A stretch of 64,000 nt of DNA from the human T2T-CHM13v2.0 reference genome, Homo sapiens (GCF_009914755.1 NC_060930.1); one strand, 5' to 3'; positions 1 through 13,056 are shown, numbered from the stretch's first letter. Made by a program: numbers and translations. Notes: a model not told the origin generated them from the letters alone.

Positions 1-342
1 TATTGGAGCAATTGATGATATTTGAATACTGACTAGGGGGATTAGATAATAGTTATTGTATCAATGTAGAATTTCCTGATTTTATCAATTGTGTTGTGGT
101 TATGAGAGATTGTTGTTGATTTTGGCATAAACATACTGAAATATTTAGGGATAAAGGGGCATGATGTCTGCAACTTACTCTCAAATAGTTGAGAAAAATA
201 TGTATGTGTATATATAGAGATAGGACAAGAAATCAAGCAGGGCAAAATGTTTAATAATTGGTGAACCTGGGCAAATGACATATAGGAGTCTTTGTAATCT
301 TTTCATAAGTTTGAAATTACACAATATTAAAAGTTAAAAAAA
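1..342 (+). mobile_element. Old L1M 3' end fragment
   Basis: Resembles L1MC/L1ME 3' terminus ending ...gtttgaaattacacaatattaaaagttaaaaaa. Confidence 0.55.
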
Positions 343-646
343 TGCCATGGCCAAAAGATTGCCTCTCAAATATAATCTTCTCCAGGTGGCATTAGATGAT
401 TCAGGTGACCACAGTGGATCAATTTATCCTGTTATCTCATATTTCCAAACTTAAAGAAACCTTGCTCAGTGCTTGAGAAAACTTGCTCAAACTATGCTCA
501 GTGCTATGAACAAAGGCAAATAGCTCTAGACTCCCAGATTCCACTAAGTCTGTAAGTATGAAGGTAGGGAACCAATTTTTTTTTTAAATTATTCTTCCAA
601 TAAAACTTCTTGCAAGTAGTTTTAAGTAATATCTTCTATACAACAA

Positions 647-1140
647 TGTGGCAGAATCTGCTATTTGCCACTCCAATATTCATTCTTTAACTCTTCCTTG
701 GTAATGACCACCCTGATTTTTAGGTAGAGATAAGTTTGCTCACAATGAAGGCTATATTTGACAGCTTCCCTTGCAGCTAGGTGTGGCTAAATTGCTAAAT
801 TCTGACAAAGGAGACCAAACAGAAAAGTAACATGGCAACTTCCAAGACACCTCCTTAAAAGACATCAGGCACAAGCCCTTTTACCTTTCTTTTTTTCTGC
901 TACTATATTATCACCTGGAGTATAAATGTGATGCCTGGATCTCTAGCAGTTATCTTGGGCAACACAGGCAAGGTCCATACCCTAGGGATGGTGAAGCAGA
1001 GAGACAGAAGAACTTGATTAAAAAAGAGCTATTATACCAACCCTGGAATGTCTACCTGGTAGACTATTTTATATGAGAGAAAAATTAACTTTTATTTTGT
1101 ATAAGTCACCATGAATTTGAGTTTCTATTATATATAACAA
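647..1140 (+). mobile_element. Ancient ERVL/MaLR-type solo LTR
   Basis: tgtggcag start, cccttgcagctaggtgtggc core and gagagaaaaattaactttt...aagtcacc end typical of LTR16/LTR33/MLT1 group. Confidence 0.55.
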
Positions 1141-1584
1141 AACAGATGGTTTTTCAAGAAAAAAAAGGGGAGGACTAAGGTCTCACTTAGACTCCTAACC
1201 CCAATGACATTTTTGGGAGTTGGTTCACTCCATGAGGGTGGAGGCCATCAATGTATCTTCCTAGAACCTAGCAGTCTTCACATAGTTTCAGTTGATGAAC
1301 ATTTTTAGAATGAACAAAGTTTCTTTTTGGAAAAACAATTTCAAAATGTTACCTGCAACAATATTAGAAATTCATCTCTGTTTGGTACTGTTTTGAGAAT
1401 TATAAATTGCTACAAAGAGCAAATTCAATATATTTCTTTCCCTATAAATCTTTGGTCAAAAACAATATAATCACTATCTGATCTTCTAACTGGTTGAAAG
1501 TATAAAGACAATTTTTTATTATATCATTGCTTCTATAGAACTCTTCATTAATAGATCATAAAGTAAGGTGAATCATAAAGTACA

Positions 1585-2070
1585 GGCTGAGTTATACCAC
1601 AATAACAACTCCAAAATCTCACTGTTTAAAACAAGAAAGGTTTACTTCAAGTGAGCAGGAACCTCTGTTCCCTATCTTCCATTTTCAGGCCAATGGAATC
1701 TCTTCCCTCAAGGAAGAAGAGAACATGACAAATTGCCCATTGGGTCTTAAGATTTCCATTCAGAAATGAGACACATCACTTCCATTCATATTTCATTGAT
1801 TGACGTCACATGGCCTGTTTAAAACAACAAAGGTTTAACTTCAGGTGAGCAGGAAGCTCTGTTCCATATCTTCCATGTTCAGGCCAGTGGAATCTTTTCC
1901 TTCAAGAAGGAAGAGAACATGACAACTTGCCCACTGGTTCTTAAGGTTTCCATTGAGAAATCAGACACATCACTTCCACTCATATTTCATTGACTAAAGT
2001 CACATGGTCATATCTAACTTCAAGGGGCAGACAGTGAAATCCTACCATGTACTCAGCATGAATACCCCAG
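1585..2070 (-). mobile_element. Ancient LTR (LTR33/MLT1-like) with internal 193-bp tandem duplication
   Basis: aaaatctcactgtttaaaacaa..aaaggttta and catcacttccactcatatttcattg..aaagtcacatgg motifs, each present twice. Confidence 0.6.
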
Positions 2071-2378
2071 AATTACTGGATAGCACAACCTACCAGATAT
2101 AGTATCCCACAAGTAATTCTGAGCTCATATCATCTCACTTCAGTCTTTAAAATTTGCTTTAATACAGTTTTAGAGGTAAGAAAGATTTGGTTGGCTAATA
2201 GAATGAGCCAGCTATATTCACTTTGATTATGGAAAGTGAAATTTTCCTGAGAAGCTGGAGAATTAGATCTAACTCTCCTAATCTGTCAGTATTATCTTGT
2301 AACTAGCTGATGATAAAAAACAAATCAACATGACTTTTCAAAGTCTTATCATTGTAGTCTGACTATGTTACCTTAGAT

Positions 2379-2861
2379 CAGTGATTTAAGAAGTATGCGG
2401 AATTCTAGGGGAATCTCCAGAAAATGCAGTTAAGAGGTCCACAAAATCCTTCCTTTTCCAAACTCGTCTGTTTGACACTGTGTTTTCTCCATGTACTTCA
2501 ACCAAGACAACATACGGTAACAAACAATGTAGAGCAGACATGAGAAACCACTCACCTCATATTAGGCAAAAATTTATAGAGATTTTCAAAGAAATTAGTT
2601 GTGGGAAAATACAGGAATTTAAAAAATACATATTTTATGTTAATATGCAAGAGATGTTTGTTATTTTAAAGGAATATATATATATATACAAATTTTTGTT
2701 TTAATTTTAATACAGTAAATATTGATAGATATAATCCACATAAACCTGAGGTTTGTGGGGTCCTTAATAATTTTTGTTTTAGCTTTTTGTTTTGAACTAA
2801 TTATCTTCAGTAACTTGTAAGAATTTAAAGGGTTCCCAAGACCAAAAGTTTGAGGACCACT
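2379..2861. mobile_element. hAT-Charlie family DNA transposon remnant
   Basis: cagtg start and aaaagtttgaggaccact end resemble Charlie terminal inverted repeats. Confidence 0.55.
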
Positions 2862-3129
2862 ATCTTAGATAACACCTTGCTTGGTAAATTTCAACTTAGC
2901 CTTTCAAAGGAGATAACTACTAAATAACATTTTCTCTGGAAGATTTTAAGGACCAATGATATAATTATAATAACTTGTAGTTATGTACACAAAGAACATG
3001 GCATTGTGAAAAACCCATCTAATTGCTGGGAAAGGTAGTTTGTCCTATCTATGCTGAAACACGAAATCTACTGCATATTTGGATTGCAAGAGAGTATGTC
3101 CAGTTAATCCATTGAATAATATCTGAGAC

Positions 3130-3730
3130 CAGGAGCTAGTCACTGAATAAGGATCCATGCACCTGCATATGACTAAAACTTACCTAAAAGAGGCTAAAAT
3201 TAAAATAAGCAAATTTATATTCTCATATAACAAGAAGTCCAGATGTTGGATATTTCCACAGATGGCTATTCCGTAGGTGTGACAGCATCAAAATACTCCC
3301 AGGATCTTTACATCCTTCCAATCTGCTAGTTTCAGCAACTTGGCTCATGTAAACTGGCTCCTTCCATGAGCTCCAAATCCTGACATCAAAAGTAAATGCA
3401 ACATGGGGTAGTTGTACTTCTCGAGTGGAGTCTTTCTCTTAGGCTGTAAGAAAGACTTTTCCCAGAAGCATGGTGCACCTTAACACTGGCTCCTTTTCAA
3501 GTATCCTTGGTCAGTATTGTATCATATGACTGCTCAAATTAATCACTGGTAAGGGAAATGAGGTTATCGTGATTGGCTTAGACAAATCATGATTCTCTCT
3601 TTGTGGCTGAGGAAGGACCCAGCTTTTCCAAAAGCACTCCACTTCCTGATATCTGCACAAAATTGCTGTTCTTTTAGTAAGAATAAGGGTGGGGTGGGGA
3701 GTAGCTATGGGATGAGTAATCAGTAAAGTC
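3130..3730 (-). mobile_element. MLT1-type LTR remnant
   Basis: aatcactggtaagggaaatg...gattggcttagacaaatca...aaaattgctgttc motifs. Confidence 0.45.
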
Positions 3731-4359
3731 TTTGACAATTACAAAAACTGGAATGTCTCATTGCAATAACTAAGACTATCATGGGATAATAAAAATTCGG
3801 AGTTTTATGAAGATCATATTTGCCCATTTTCCTTCGGTCAATTAATATAATAAATGCCTAACAGCATTAAAAATTTGTACTTTCATTTTTTAAAATCTTC
3901 ATTGGTAGCTAATTTTAGTTTGTAGTTGTCTGTAAGTTCTCATACATATTTCATTCAGTAATAACGAAAAGTCAGTTCTATTCAATCTCATACTACTCCA
4001 TTTTTTTTCCTTACTTAAATTATCACACACTTGTCATTGCTGACATTATAGTATCCTACCATTTAAACTTAATACTTCCAGTTAAAATTTGTCTCTCTCA
4101 TTAAACTGGGGTCATTTATAGATTTTAAAAATAAAAATTTCATTCTATAAGCCAAGTAATTATCTAATCTGAGTAATTAATAAAAGTTAGAAACAAATAC
4201 AGAAATATATTATCCAATATGGCCTTCTTTCTCTGGAACAACCCACATACCAGCTGTCTGCTCTACTACTAATAGTATGAGCCAACTAGGGCTGGGAGAT
4301 ATTTTCTGCTATGATTTTGTTAATTTACAGCTAATTTAGAAAATGATCCTCTGTCATTT

Positions 4360-4655
4360 TTCCTTCAGGTCTCAGTTTAAATGTCATCTCTTCTGGGGCC
4401 TTCTCTGACCACCTTGTTTAAAAGATGCCTCCTGCAATTGTTTTCTATTAAATCACTCTTCTAATTCTGTCTATAGAAGTCTTGCAAACCTGCAATTACC
4501 TCCTTAATGTATTTGTTTATTTTCTATTTCCCAACTAGAATGTAAACACTGTGAGAGCTGGAAAACATGTTAGTCTTATTCTATACTGTATGCTCAAAGC
4601 TTAATCTCGGGCCTGGCTCATAATGACTGATCAATAAATATTTGTTAATTGAATT
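4360..4655 (+). mobile_element. L2 3' end
   Basis: ccttcaggtctcagtttaaatgtca...actagaatgtaa...gcctggc...caataaatatttgttaattgaat. Confidence 0.75.
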
Positions 4656-6152
4656 TAGTTTTCTTTCCTGAATCACCTCTCATTGAAACATTTTATGTTC
4701 TATTCTGAAAGAAATTTTAAAATAAATTTTGATGTTTGTCATATTTTGGCCAATGATATTTAATAATACAAGATATTAAATTTGTGTAGTTAATGAACAT
4801 TTAACATTAAGTGTCAAATGTGGTAAAACATTGTAAAAAATAGTTTATAATGGAACAGATAAATCTCTTTTTATGTCTGATGGTACCTGTTTATACACTG
4901 TATTTTTATTTTACATAATTTATTAGGTATGATAAATTAATCTATTTGGGGTTAACACAGAAATTTTAAAATGTCTAGAAGTGAAGCCATCAAGAACCCA
5001 CGATAGTTTATTTGGCCAAAGCTAAACTTTGCAAATATTTTGTGTCTTCAATATAGTTTGAATTGAAACCACTTCTCATGAGCTCTCATTGTGGTTTTAT
5101 TAAATATTCAGTTGTAACTAATAATAAGAAACATGAACTATTTTAAGGCATTAAGTATTTTACTAAGTAAATACATTAACTACTTTATTTCTGTTATTAA
5201 CTACATAGGAAAGTTACATGAGAAGCACAGTGAAATCTGGCTGTTTTCAGTGGAGATATTCCCATGTATGAGTGTGATTAGCACAGACTTGCTAAATCTC
5301 TCTCTGAGCCATCTGTGAGCACCTTCCTGGTTTAAAACAACACACACTAGCTCTGCTCAGTTCTAAGTCAGTTTTTACCACAACTGTTATCTTTATCTTA
5401 AACCTGGGAAGATTCTCAAATGCCTGAAGCTTGGAAATGCCACCTTTCACCAAGGATCTGAACCTTACTTAAACTGAAAAAAGAATTATATTAAATCAAC
5501 TATCTCAAATGAGATTTTATTGGCATGAAGTGTTGACCAAAAAAGTTCTAATCCATTTGTAAGGAAAAAAAATAGAGAATATTCAGCTTACTAGTTAGTT
5601 TAGGACATATTCATGTGTTTATTGTTCTAACAATCCTAAATGAAATTCCTAGTCACTTGAGCTCCCTTGCTTCTCTTTAGCTCAACTTCAAGTTACAGTG
5701 ACACAAACCTCTTTTTATAGTGGCCCCAGTGTGAGGTCCTGGGTTTTGATGAATCAGCAATAGTGGAGACTTTTCTGGAAAAGACTTGGCAGTAAATAAC
5801 CCACTCCATAGCTTGACAGCCTAGGTCCTTACTGCAGACCTGGTGCAATTTTTTCTAAAGAACTTGTTCTGATCACCACGAATCAGAGCATTCAAGTGGA
5901 ATTTTCAGAATACTGCACTGTAGCAAAACTACCTAGAACTGCCCAGAGAACTGTAAACACAATGTAAGTTTTAAAACAAATTCTAAAGTTATAAGAGATA
6001 TTATGACAATCACTTTCTCTACCAAAAATATGTGTTTTAAAAACCTGCAAATCAGGAAAATTTAAAGTAGGCTTGATTTTGACTGTGGTGTTTAGTTCTA
6101 CAAGCCCAGACTGAGTGCAGTTAAGAATCAATCCTTCATTGTCATATCTAAG

Positions 6153-6305
6153 GTTTTTATACTGAACTGCACTTTGCATATGATAAAGATCACCCAGTTT
6201 AACTGTACAAGGAATGACATTTAGTAAATTTACAGAATTGTGCATCCATCAACACAATCCAATTTTAGAAGATTTCCATCACCCCAAAAAGATCCCCCAT
6301 ACGCA
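6153..6305 (-). mobile_element. L1MB-like 3' end fragment
   Basis: tttagtaaatttacagaattgtgcatccatcaacacaatccaattttagaa..tttccatcaccccaaaaaga. Confidence 0.65.
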
Positions 6306-6947
6306 TTATGTTTAGGGTTTTCTATTTAATTTTTCCACAGCTTTTCTGTGTGAAAACATAATGCCATAATTGAAATAGAATACCAAAAATGTTAATAAAT
6401 TTGACAGCTGGCATTCAGACACAACTAAATAATTTGCCTGGAAAACAGCAAATTTTGTATGTACAACTTTTTAAAAAGGAGTCCAGCTAATTAAGCAGAT
6501 ACTAGTTTTCCTTAAATAATATTCATAAGATCATGAATAAGAGGAGATGTGTATGAACTGAGACTAGCTCTGCTCTTGTTATAAGCAAATCTGACATTAC
6601 TTAGGAGGCACATGGTGGCAACAGCAGCTGTGAGTCATTATATTCCTCTCATTCCTTCACACTTCTGTTTTTCACCTTACTTTCTAAGTGGAGAATCAGT
6701 CATATTTGGGCTGAGGTCATCAAAAAGGGTGGGGAAACACCAGGTTACATTCAAAGTGGGAGCCCAGTTCAAGCTCCAATTTTTCTTTTAATTGGTTACT
6801 GTTCTCTGGCTATACAGAAGCTCATATGAATGTTTTAAATGTGATCTTGACTTCTCTTTTTCCTCCTCAGGGACCATCATTTAGCACCCTTTCGCCAGAG
6901 TATACTTCCTTTCTCACATCTTATAGTAATGCAAAGAGCCAAAGATT

Positions 6948-6998
6948 AAAAAATAAATAAATAAATAAATAATAAATTAAAAAATAAAAATAAAAAAA
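6948..6998. repeat. (AAAT)n / A-rich simple repeat
   Basis: Visible directly. Confidence 0.85.
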
Positions 6999-8517
6999 GA
7001 GTGTTAGGCCCGCAAGCCCCAGGTATAAGGTAAATTTATAATATTTTCTCTTAGTAAAATACAAAGTTTGGTGGCACAGATGTCTGTTAGAAGGCAGCTA
7101 CACAAAAATATAAGAATTTTGTCAGTTTTGTGCATTTAACATATCCCAAGATCCTAAAATCGTGCCTGGCACATAGTAGGTATTCAATAGTACTTGTTAA
7201 ATAAATGAAGTTTTAAAAAATGCTTGTCCTAATGGACTATTAAGTTTGATCCACCTCATTGGTGTGTTATGAAAAGTGTGTTGATATGTTAACATAAAAT
7301 ACATTTTAAAAATGTACAAGTGGAACTCAGTATACAATTCTAAAGTAAATTTAAACTGTAAAATGAGTTAAGTTATACCTCAGATTATGTTATTTTATGA
7401 TTCTGTATCTCTTTATATTTATTTTATAGAGCTTTACGTCCTCATATTGCATACAGCTTGGATAAGAAGTACATATCTATGTTCTAAAATAAATATAATG
7501 TCCCTGAAAATTGTACTGGTTTTCTCTTCTTTAGGCACAGCTTATAGTTAATATCCTCCTTAATGATTTAGCTAAGAAATTCCATCTTTGATGGAAATGA
7601 TAAACATGCAAAAAAAAAAAAACTAAAAGAAAAATAGCATATTGATCTTGGCCTCATGAAAATCATCTTCAAGATCTGTATAAATAGGTAGCATACATTA
7701 AATTAACGTATAAATGGTAGGTTTAGGATCTTTCTAATAATTCATATTTCTGTTTCTCAGTTTACTTAAATTTGGTCAAGTAAAAATCTTGCCATATTTT
7801 TATTAATTGGTTCTCCTTTTTTTCTAGTAATGCATTTCTTTTCACAATTTTAAGACAACCGATATTTTCTCAGATTCAAGTCTCATCACTACAGTAGATC
7901 CCTCCTTCTCCATGCCAGAACTAGTCACCTTAATTAAACTTGTTTCCTGGGAGTTCCCAGACCTGGATTATTGTCGTCACTGATTCACACACTCCATTCT
8001 TATGAGGATTTTCTTCAGGGCTATTGATCTCATTTTTTCCTTCCTCTTTGGGGACCATGAACCATCATCCAGCCCCTGTCTCTTCAGAAGCATCTCCTCT
8101 CCTGCCTCCTCTCCTCATTTTCTAAACATACTTTTGTCTGCACCCTAAAACCAAGATCCCTTTATGGACCCAGCACTCTCCCTCTATTTTTCCTCTCAAA
8201 AGAGTAGCTCAACTCACTGTTTTGATTTCTTCTTCACCTCTAATCTACAACTCAACTTGCTGTAAAAAAAAAAAAAAAAAAAAAAAAAAGGTTCTGTCCC
8301 TATACAGTCAAACGATATTGTTCTAAATTCACTTATAACCCCTTAAAGCGGTTATATTGCCAAATCCAATTAACACTTGTCCTTATCTTATGTGACCTCT
8401 TGGTAGCCCTGACTGCGTTGGACCTCTTCTGCCTTATTGGAGTTCTTTCATCCCATGTTTCCACCACACCTGCTTTACTAAAGCACTTTCGCACCTTGCT
8501 TTACTGAAACACTCTCT

Positions 8518-8715
8518 TTCTCTTCTTCTTATTCCTCTTCTTCCTCTTCTTCTTTTCTTCTTCCTCTTCTTCCTCTTCCTCTTCTTCTTCCTCTTCTTCT
8601 TCTTCTCCTCCTCCTCCTTTCCTCTTTTCTCTCTTTCTCCTCTTTCTCCTCTCTTTCTCTCCTCCTTCCTTCCCTCCTTCCTTCTCTCTCTCTCTTTCTC
8701 TCTTTCTTTCCTTCC
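8518..8715. repeat. ~200-bp homopyrimidine (CTT/CCT/CT) tract
   Basis: Almost purine-free on the + strand; occupies the tail position of the adjacent Alu. Confidence 0.9.
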
Positions 8716-8964
8716 AGTCTTGTTTTGTCACCCCACTGCAGCCCCAACTTCCCAGGCTCAAGTGATCCTCTGGCCTCAGCTCCCTGAGTAGCTTGGACTA
8801 CAGGCATGAACCACCATGCCTGGCTAATTTTTTTAATTTTGTTTTGTGGAGATGAGCTCTCATTATGTTGCCCAGGTTGGTCTTGAACTCCTGAGCTCAA
8901 GCAATCCTCCCACCTTGGTGTCCTAAAGTGCGAGGATTACAGGAGTGATACACTGTGCCTGGCC
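8716..8964 (-). mobile_element. AluJ with internal deletion
   Basis: Antisense Alu with ggctcaag J-type diagnostics; ~30 bp missing between gtcacccc and actgcagcc; diverged TSD TACTGAnnCACTyTCT at 8502 and 8965. Confidence 0.9.
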
Positions 8965-10616
8965 TACTGATGCACTTTCTACCAGCTTCACCACTCCTTT
9001 TCAGTGAGATGGATTTTTTTGTTTGTTTGTTTGTTTGTTTGTTTTATTTTGCATATCCTCTCACCTTACAATCAAATGTTGATCTCTAGGCTACTGTCCT
9101 TGGTCCTGGACTCAAGCTACAAAATTTCCCTGGGAAAACGAATCAATTCCTATTGTTTTAATCGCCATTTTTTTTTTTGCTGATGACTCTCACATTTAAA
9201 TCTTTAGCCTTAAATTATCTACTAAACTCCAGACCTCATGTCTCTGGTTGTCCCCTGAATATCTTCTCCACCTACATGTTACTGAGCCTTCCAAAGTCTC
9301 AGATCTATTCTGAGTTCTTTTCCTTGGGGTGACTGTATTTTACATGTAGGAAGGAAGACAAACTGAATATTTAGTAGCCAGAAGGGCAGATTATGGCACT
9401 CTTATATGTTGTTTATTTCTGTTTCTCCACTTTCTGAACACATGGTAGAATTGCACTTCCTTGCTTTTTGAAATTGGTGTGTCATGTGACTTGTTTTAGC
9501 CAGTGAAATGTGTGTCCCTTCTAGGCAGAAGCCTCTGAAACCTGGTAGGCAAATAATTTTATTCTTTTCTCCTTGTACATTCCAGCGGGAAGAGGCTCCA
9601 TCAGCTTACATCCTTAAGTGAAGATGATGTAGAGCCGACCTCACACCAACCAAAAATGGATGTAGGGCATGAGTGAAAAATAAGCCCTTGCTATTTCAAG
9701 CCTGTGAGATTTTTGCATTATTTGTTACCACCAAATAGCCCAGCCCATCCTGACTGATTTAAGATTCAAAACCAAACTCATTATTTTTTTCCTGCACATC
9801 ATTAACAGAATAAAACAACATAAGAGGATCTCACCTGCTCTTTATCCTATGCTCCCTGTTTTCTATGTCTGTGTTTGAGCCATCACCATTTACTCACTTA
9901 ATCGGGCTAGAAACCTGGGAATATATCCAGACTCCACTTTCAAGTCCTCCTACATTTTATGACTCAAGTAGTTCCTCAGGTTCTATTTCCTAAGTATCCT
10001 TCAAATCTATCCCTTCATCTCCATTCTTAGTGCACATCTTACTATCTCTTGCCTAGACGATTACAGTGGCCTTTTAAATGGACTCCCTATCTCTAGCCTT
10101 TCCTAAATCCATTTTCCATATGGCTGCCTGAGTGATTTTTATAAAATGCCATTCCACTTTCCTGCTTAAAATCTTTCATCAGTGCTTACAGAATAAAGTG
10201 AAAATGACTTAGCATAGAATTTTAGGCTCTTGATAGTCCAAACCCCTTCTATCTCTACAGCATCTCTGCTCCAGAGATATCCAGTCCCTTTTCTTCTCAC
10301 TCCTGAACAACCCAGACAATACCATTCTTTGATTAATCCTTCCAAAAATATCAACTTAGATTTGATTTACTCTAAGAAGGCTTTCCTGGTTATCCCAAAC
10401 AGACTTCTTAAGTTCCTCCCACCTATCTGCCTAAAATGCGCTTTTACTATTGAATGTGTCACTTTAAATTTTTTTTTTTTTTTTTTTTTTGCTTATGTGT
10501 TTATTGTAGTGGTCAGAGTTTGGAATAATTGTAACCTTCTCAAGGATAGGAGGAATACCTTACTGTCCTTATCTGGAAAGCACAGTAGTTAGCACATTAC
10601 AGCCACCTCAAAAAGA

Positions 10617-11257
10617 TTTTTTTTTATTTTTTATTTTCATTTTAAGTTCTGTGGTACATGTGCAGGATGTGCAGGTTTGTTACATAGGTAAACATGTGCC
10701 ATGGTGGTTTGCTGCACCTATCAACCTATCACCTAGGTATTAAGCCTAGCATGCATTAGCTATTTTTCCTAATCCTCTCTCTCCTCCCACCCCACCCACT
10801 GACATGCCCAGTGTGTGTTTTTCCCCTCCCTGTGTCCAGATGTTCTCATTATTCAGCTCCCACTTATAAGTGAGAACATGCAGTGTTTGGTTTTATGTTC
10901 CTGCGTTAGTTTGCTGAGGATAACGGCTTCCAGCTCCATCCACGTCCTTGGAAAGGACATGATCTTGTTCCTTTTTATGGCTGCATAGTATTTCGTGTTG
11001 TGTATGTACCACATTTTCTTTATCCAGTCTATTACTGATGGGCATTTGAGTTGAATCCATATCTTTGCTATCGCAAATAGTGCTGCAATGAACATACGCA
11101 TACAAACATTATGCATGCCATCTTTGTAAAATAACGATTGATATTCCTTTGCATATATCCCTAGTAATGGGATTGCTAGGTCAAATGGTACTTCTGGTTC
11201 TAGGTCTTTGAGGAATCACCACACCATCTTCCACAATGATTTAACTAGTTTACATTA
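10617..11257 (-). mobile_element. 5'-truncated L1PA (intermediate age) 3' end
   Basis: Poly-T then L1PA 3'UTR; ORF 10853-11116 is ORF2 C-terminal-like (MFIAALFAIAK..WIKKMWY). Confidence 0.9.
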
Positions 11258-12612
11258 TGGAACTGAAATAATAAGCCATTTTATCAGAAAGGTTAACATC
11301 TGTTAAGGCCTTATATTTTTTTACGTAGCTTAAAATCTGTTGAAGGCTTACTATATGCCAGGCACTGCAAAACGCATTTTATAAGCTTTATTTTATTTAG
11401 CCTAACAATAACTGTAGGGGATGCAGACATGCATTAGGTATCTATCCTTACTGATTTTCTTATCAGAAGCAACCCAAATCTCACCTTCCTGGCAGGTAGA
11501 TCATTATAGGCTCTTAGCTACTATTAATAATTAAATTATTTTCCTATGCAGTAGCTGAATGAATAGCAGAGACAACTATAGTTTACAATCAAGATTTTTG
11601 TCTAAACTTTTAAGAGAAAGTCCAGTTTTATTATTTAAAACATTTTGAAAAAAATTATAACATTTATATATCATCTTTTCCTCGATGCATAACACTTTTT
11701 ACAAAGTTTAGTGGTAGATAAGTGAGGGGTAACTCAAATCAGAGAAACAGGGGTGCAGACGTTTGATTAACTTGTCTCATATCATAACTTTTCAAGATTT
11801 CATTATCATTCCACAACACTGCCCTCAAAAAAGAATTTTGTAATTACCATTGAGTGACAAAATACCAAGTAGTGACAGAGGTGTATAGACGAACTCAAAA
11901 GTTATTGTAGGAGGACACTGATAAAATGTTGGGGAAAATCACAAAAGACACGAGAAGATAATTTAGAGCTCTATGCCCAAATCACATGACTCCAGTCTCT
12001 GGCTCTCTTAGCCAGAACAGCGAATCTTTTACAATTTACCTCTTGTTGCCAATAATTTTCTATTATCTTCAAATAATAATAGGCTGGAGTATGAACCTAG
12101 TTTATCAATACTTTTTTAAAAAACCGACATTCCTCTCTTAAGGAGTCCATGCATTCTCCCCATTTTTTAGAAAATTGTTCCATGAAGAGGAATTAAGTTT
12201 ATTCCTTTGAATTCTAGTCTGCATCCCAGCTTTTAGAACACGGGATGCAGAACCAGTTGATTTGCCACAGGCCAAGTCCTGAGTCTCCAGCGAATCAAGC
12301 AATTAACCAGTCACTTGGCCTTTTTGCAGAAATCCACAAAACGTGTAGACTCGCTTAATTCCATCTCCTCCTGGCCTCTTCACACGGAAATTGGCTGCTC
12401 GGGCGAATGTTGTTTTTCTCCGCAGCCATGTGTCGAAGGGCGATTAACATTCGCTCGACAAAACCCTGTCCCGGGCCATTTGGGAGTTGCACGCGTTCAC
12501 ACCCGGGGCTCAGCCCGGTGCGCCTTCACGCGCAGCCTTTTTGTTTATGCGGCTAGCAGGGAGAGGGGCGGAGAGGCAGCGAACCTCTCAATGTGCAGCA
12601 GGCCGCGAGGGC

Positions 12613-12620
12613 TATATAAA
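12613..12620 (+). promoter_or_regulatory. TATA box of RIPPLY2
   Basis: TATATAAA 87 nt upstream of the ATG, with a GGGGCGGA GC box about 45 nt further upstream. Confidence 0.7.
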
Positions 12621-12699
12621 GCTCGGGTCTCGGACCTACTGGAACTGGTCAAGATTGCCCGCGAGCTGGCAGCGGCCTTCCGCCCAGCTCTGCGGCGTC

Positions 12700-12794
12700 A
12701 TGGAGAACGCGGGAGGCGCAGAGGGTACAGAGAGTGGAGCTGCGGCGTGCGCGGCCACCGACGGCCCTACGCGGCGCGCGGGCGCGGACTCCGG
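12700..12794 (+). CDS. RIPPLY2: Ripply transcriptional repressor 2, coding exon 1
   Basis: ATG at 12700 encodes MENAGGAEGTESGAAACAATDGPTRRAGADS(G); donor GG|GTAGGC at 12795; 95 nt, phase 2. Confidence 0.96.
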
Positions 12795-12977
12795 GTAGGC
12801 TTCCCCGCGCTGCTCTGCGCCTCCCAGCTTCCCCCGTCTCTCCCTCCTGCGCCTCCCCAGCTCCTCCCCTCCAACTCTCCATCCCCCACTGCCCGGTGCC
12901 AGCGCTCGGCTTCGGTGGATTCTCCCGGGTCTGGGCTCACGTCTCCTCTGCGCGCCTTGTGCTCCCCTATCCCGCAG

Positions 12978-13056
12978 ATACGCAGGCTTCTGGAGACCCT
13001 GGGTGGACGCCGGAGGCAAGAAAGAAGAGGAGACGCCGAACCACGCCGCGGAGGCG
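12978..13056 (+). CDS. RIPPLY2: RIPPLY2 coding exon 2 (WRPW Groucho/TLE-binding motif)
   Basis: Acceptor cccgcag|A; encodes (G)YAGFWRPWVDAGGKKEEETPNHAAEA; donor GCG|GTGAGT; 79 nt, cumulative 174 (phase 0). Confidence 0.97.

Larger units (their letters stand above)
8100..10600 (+). mobile_element. Fragmented L2 interrupted by an AluJ and an MLT1-type LTR (~9290-9760)
   Basis: L2 motifs (tgccaaatccaat, gctgatgactctcacatt, aaactccagacc, ctagaaacctggga, tccattttcca) in consensus order. Confidence 0.6.

Noticed and set aside
8501-8900. Minus-strand E/K/R-rich ORFs (86 and 123 aa)
   Set aside because: Translation of an Alu plus its purine microsatellite tail; no gene structure
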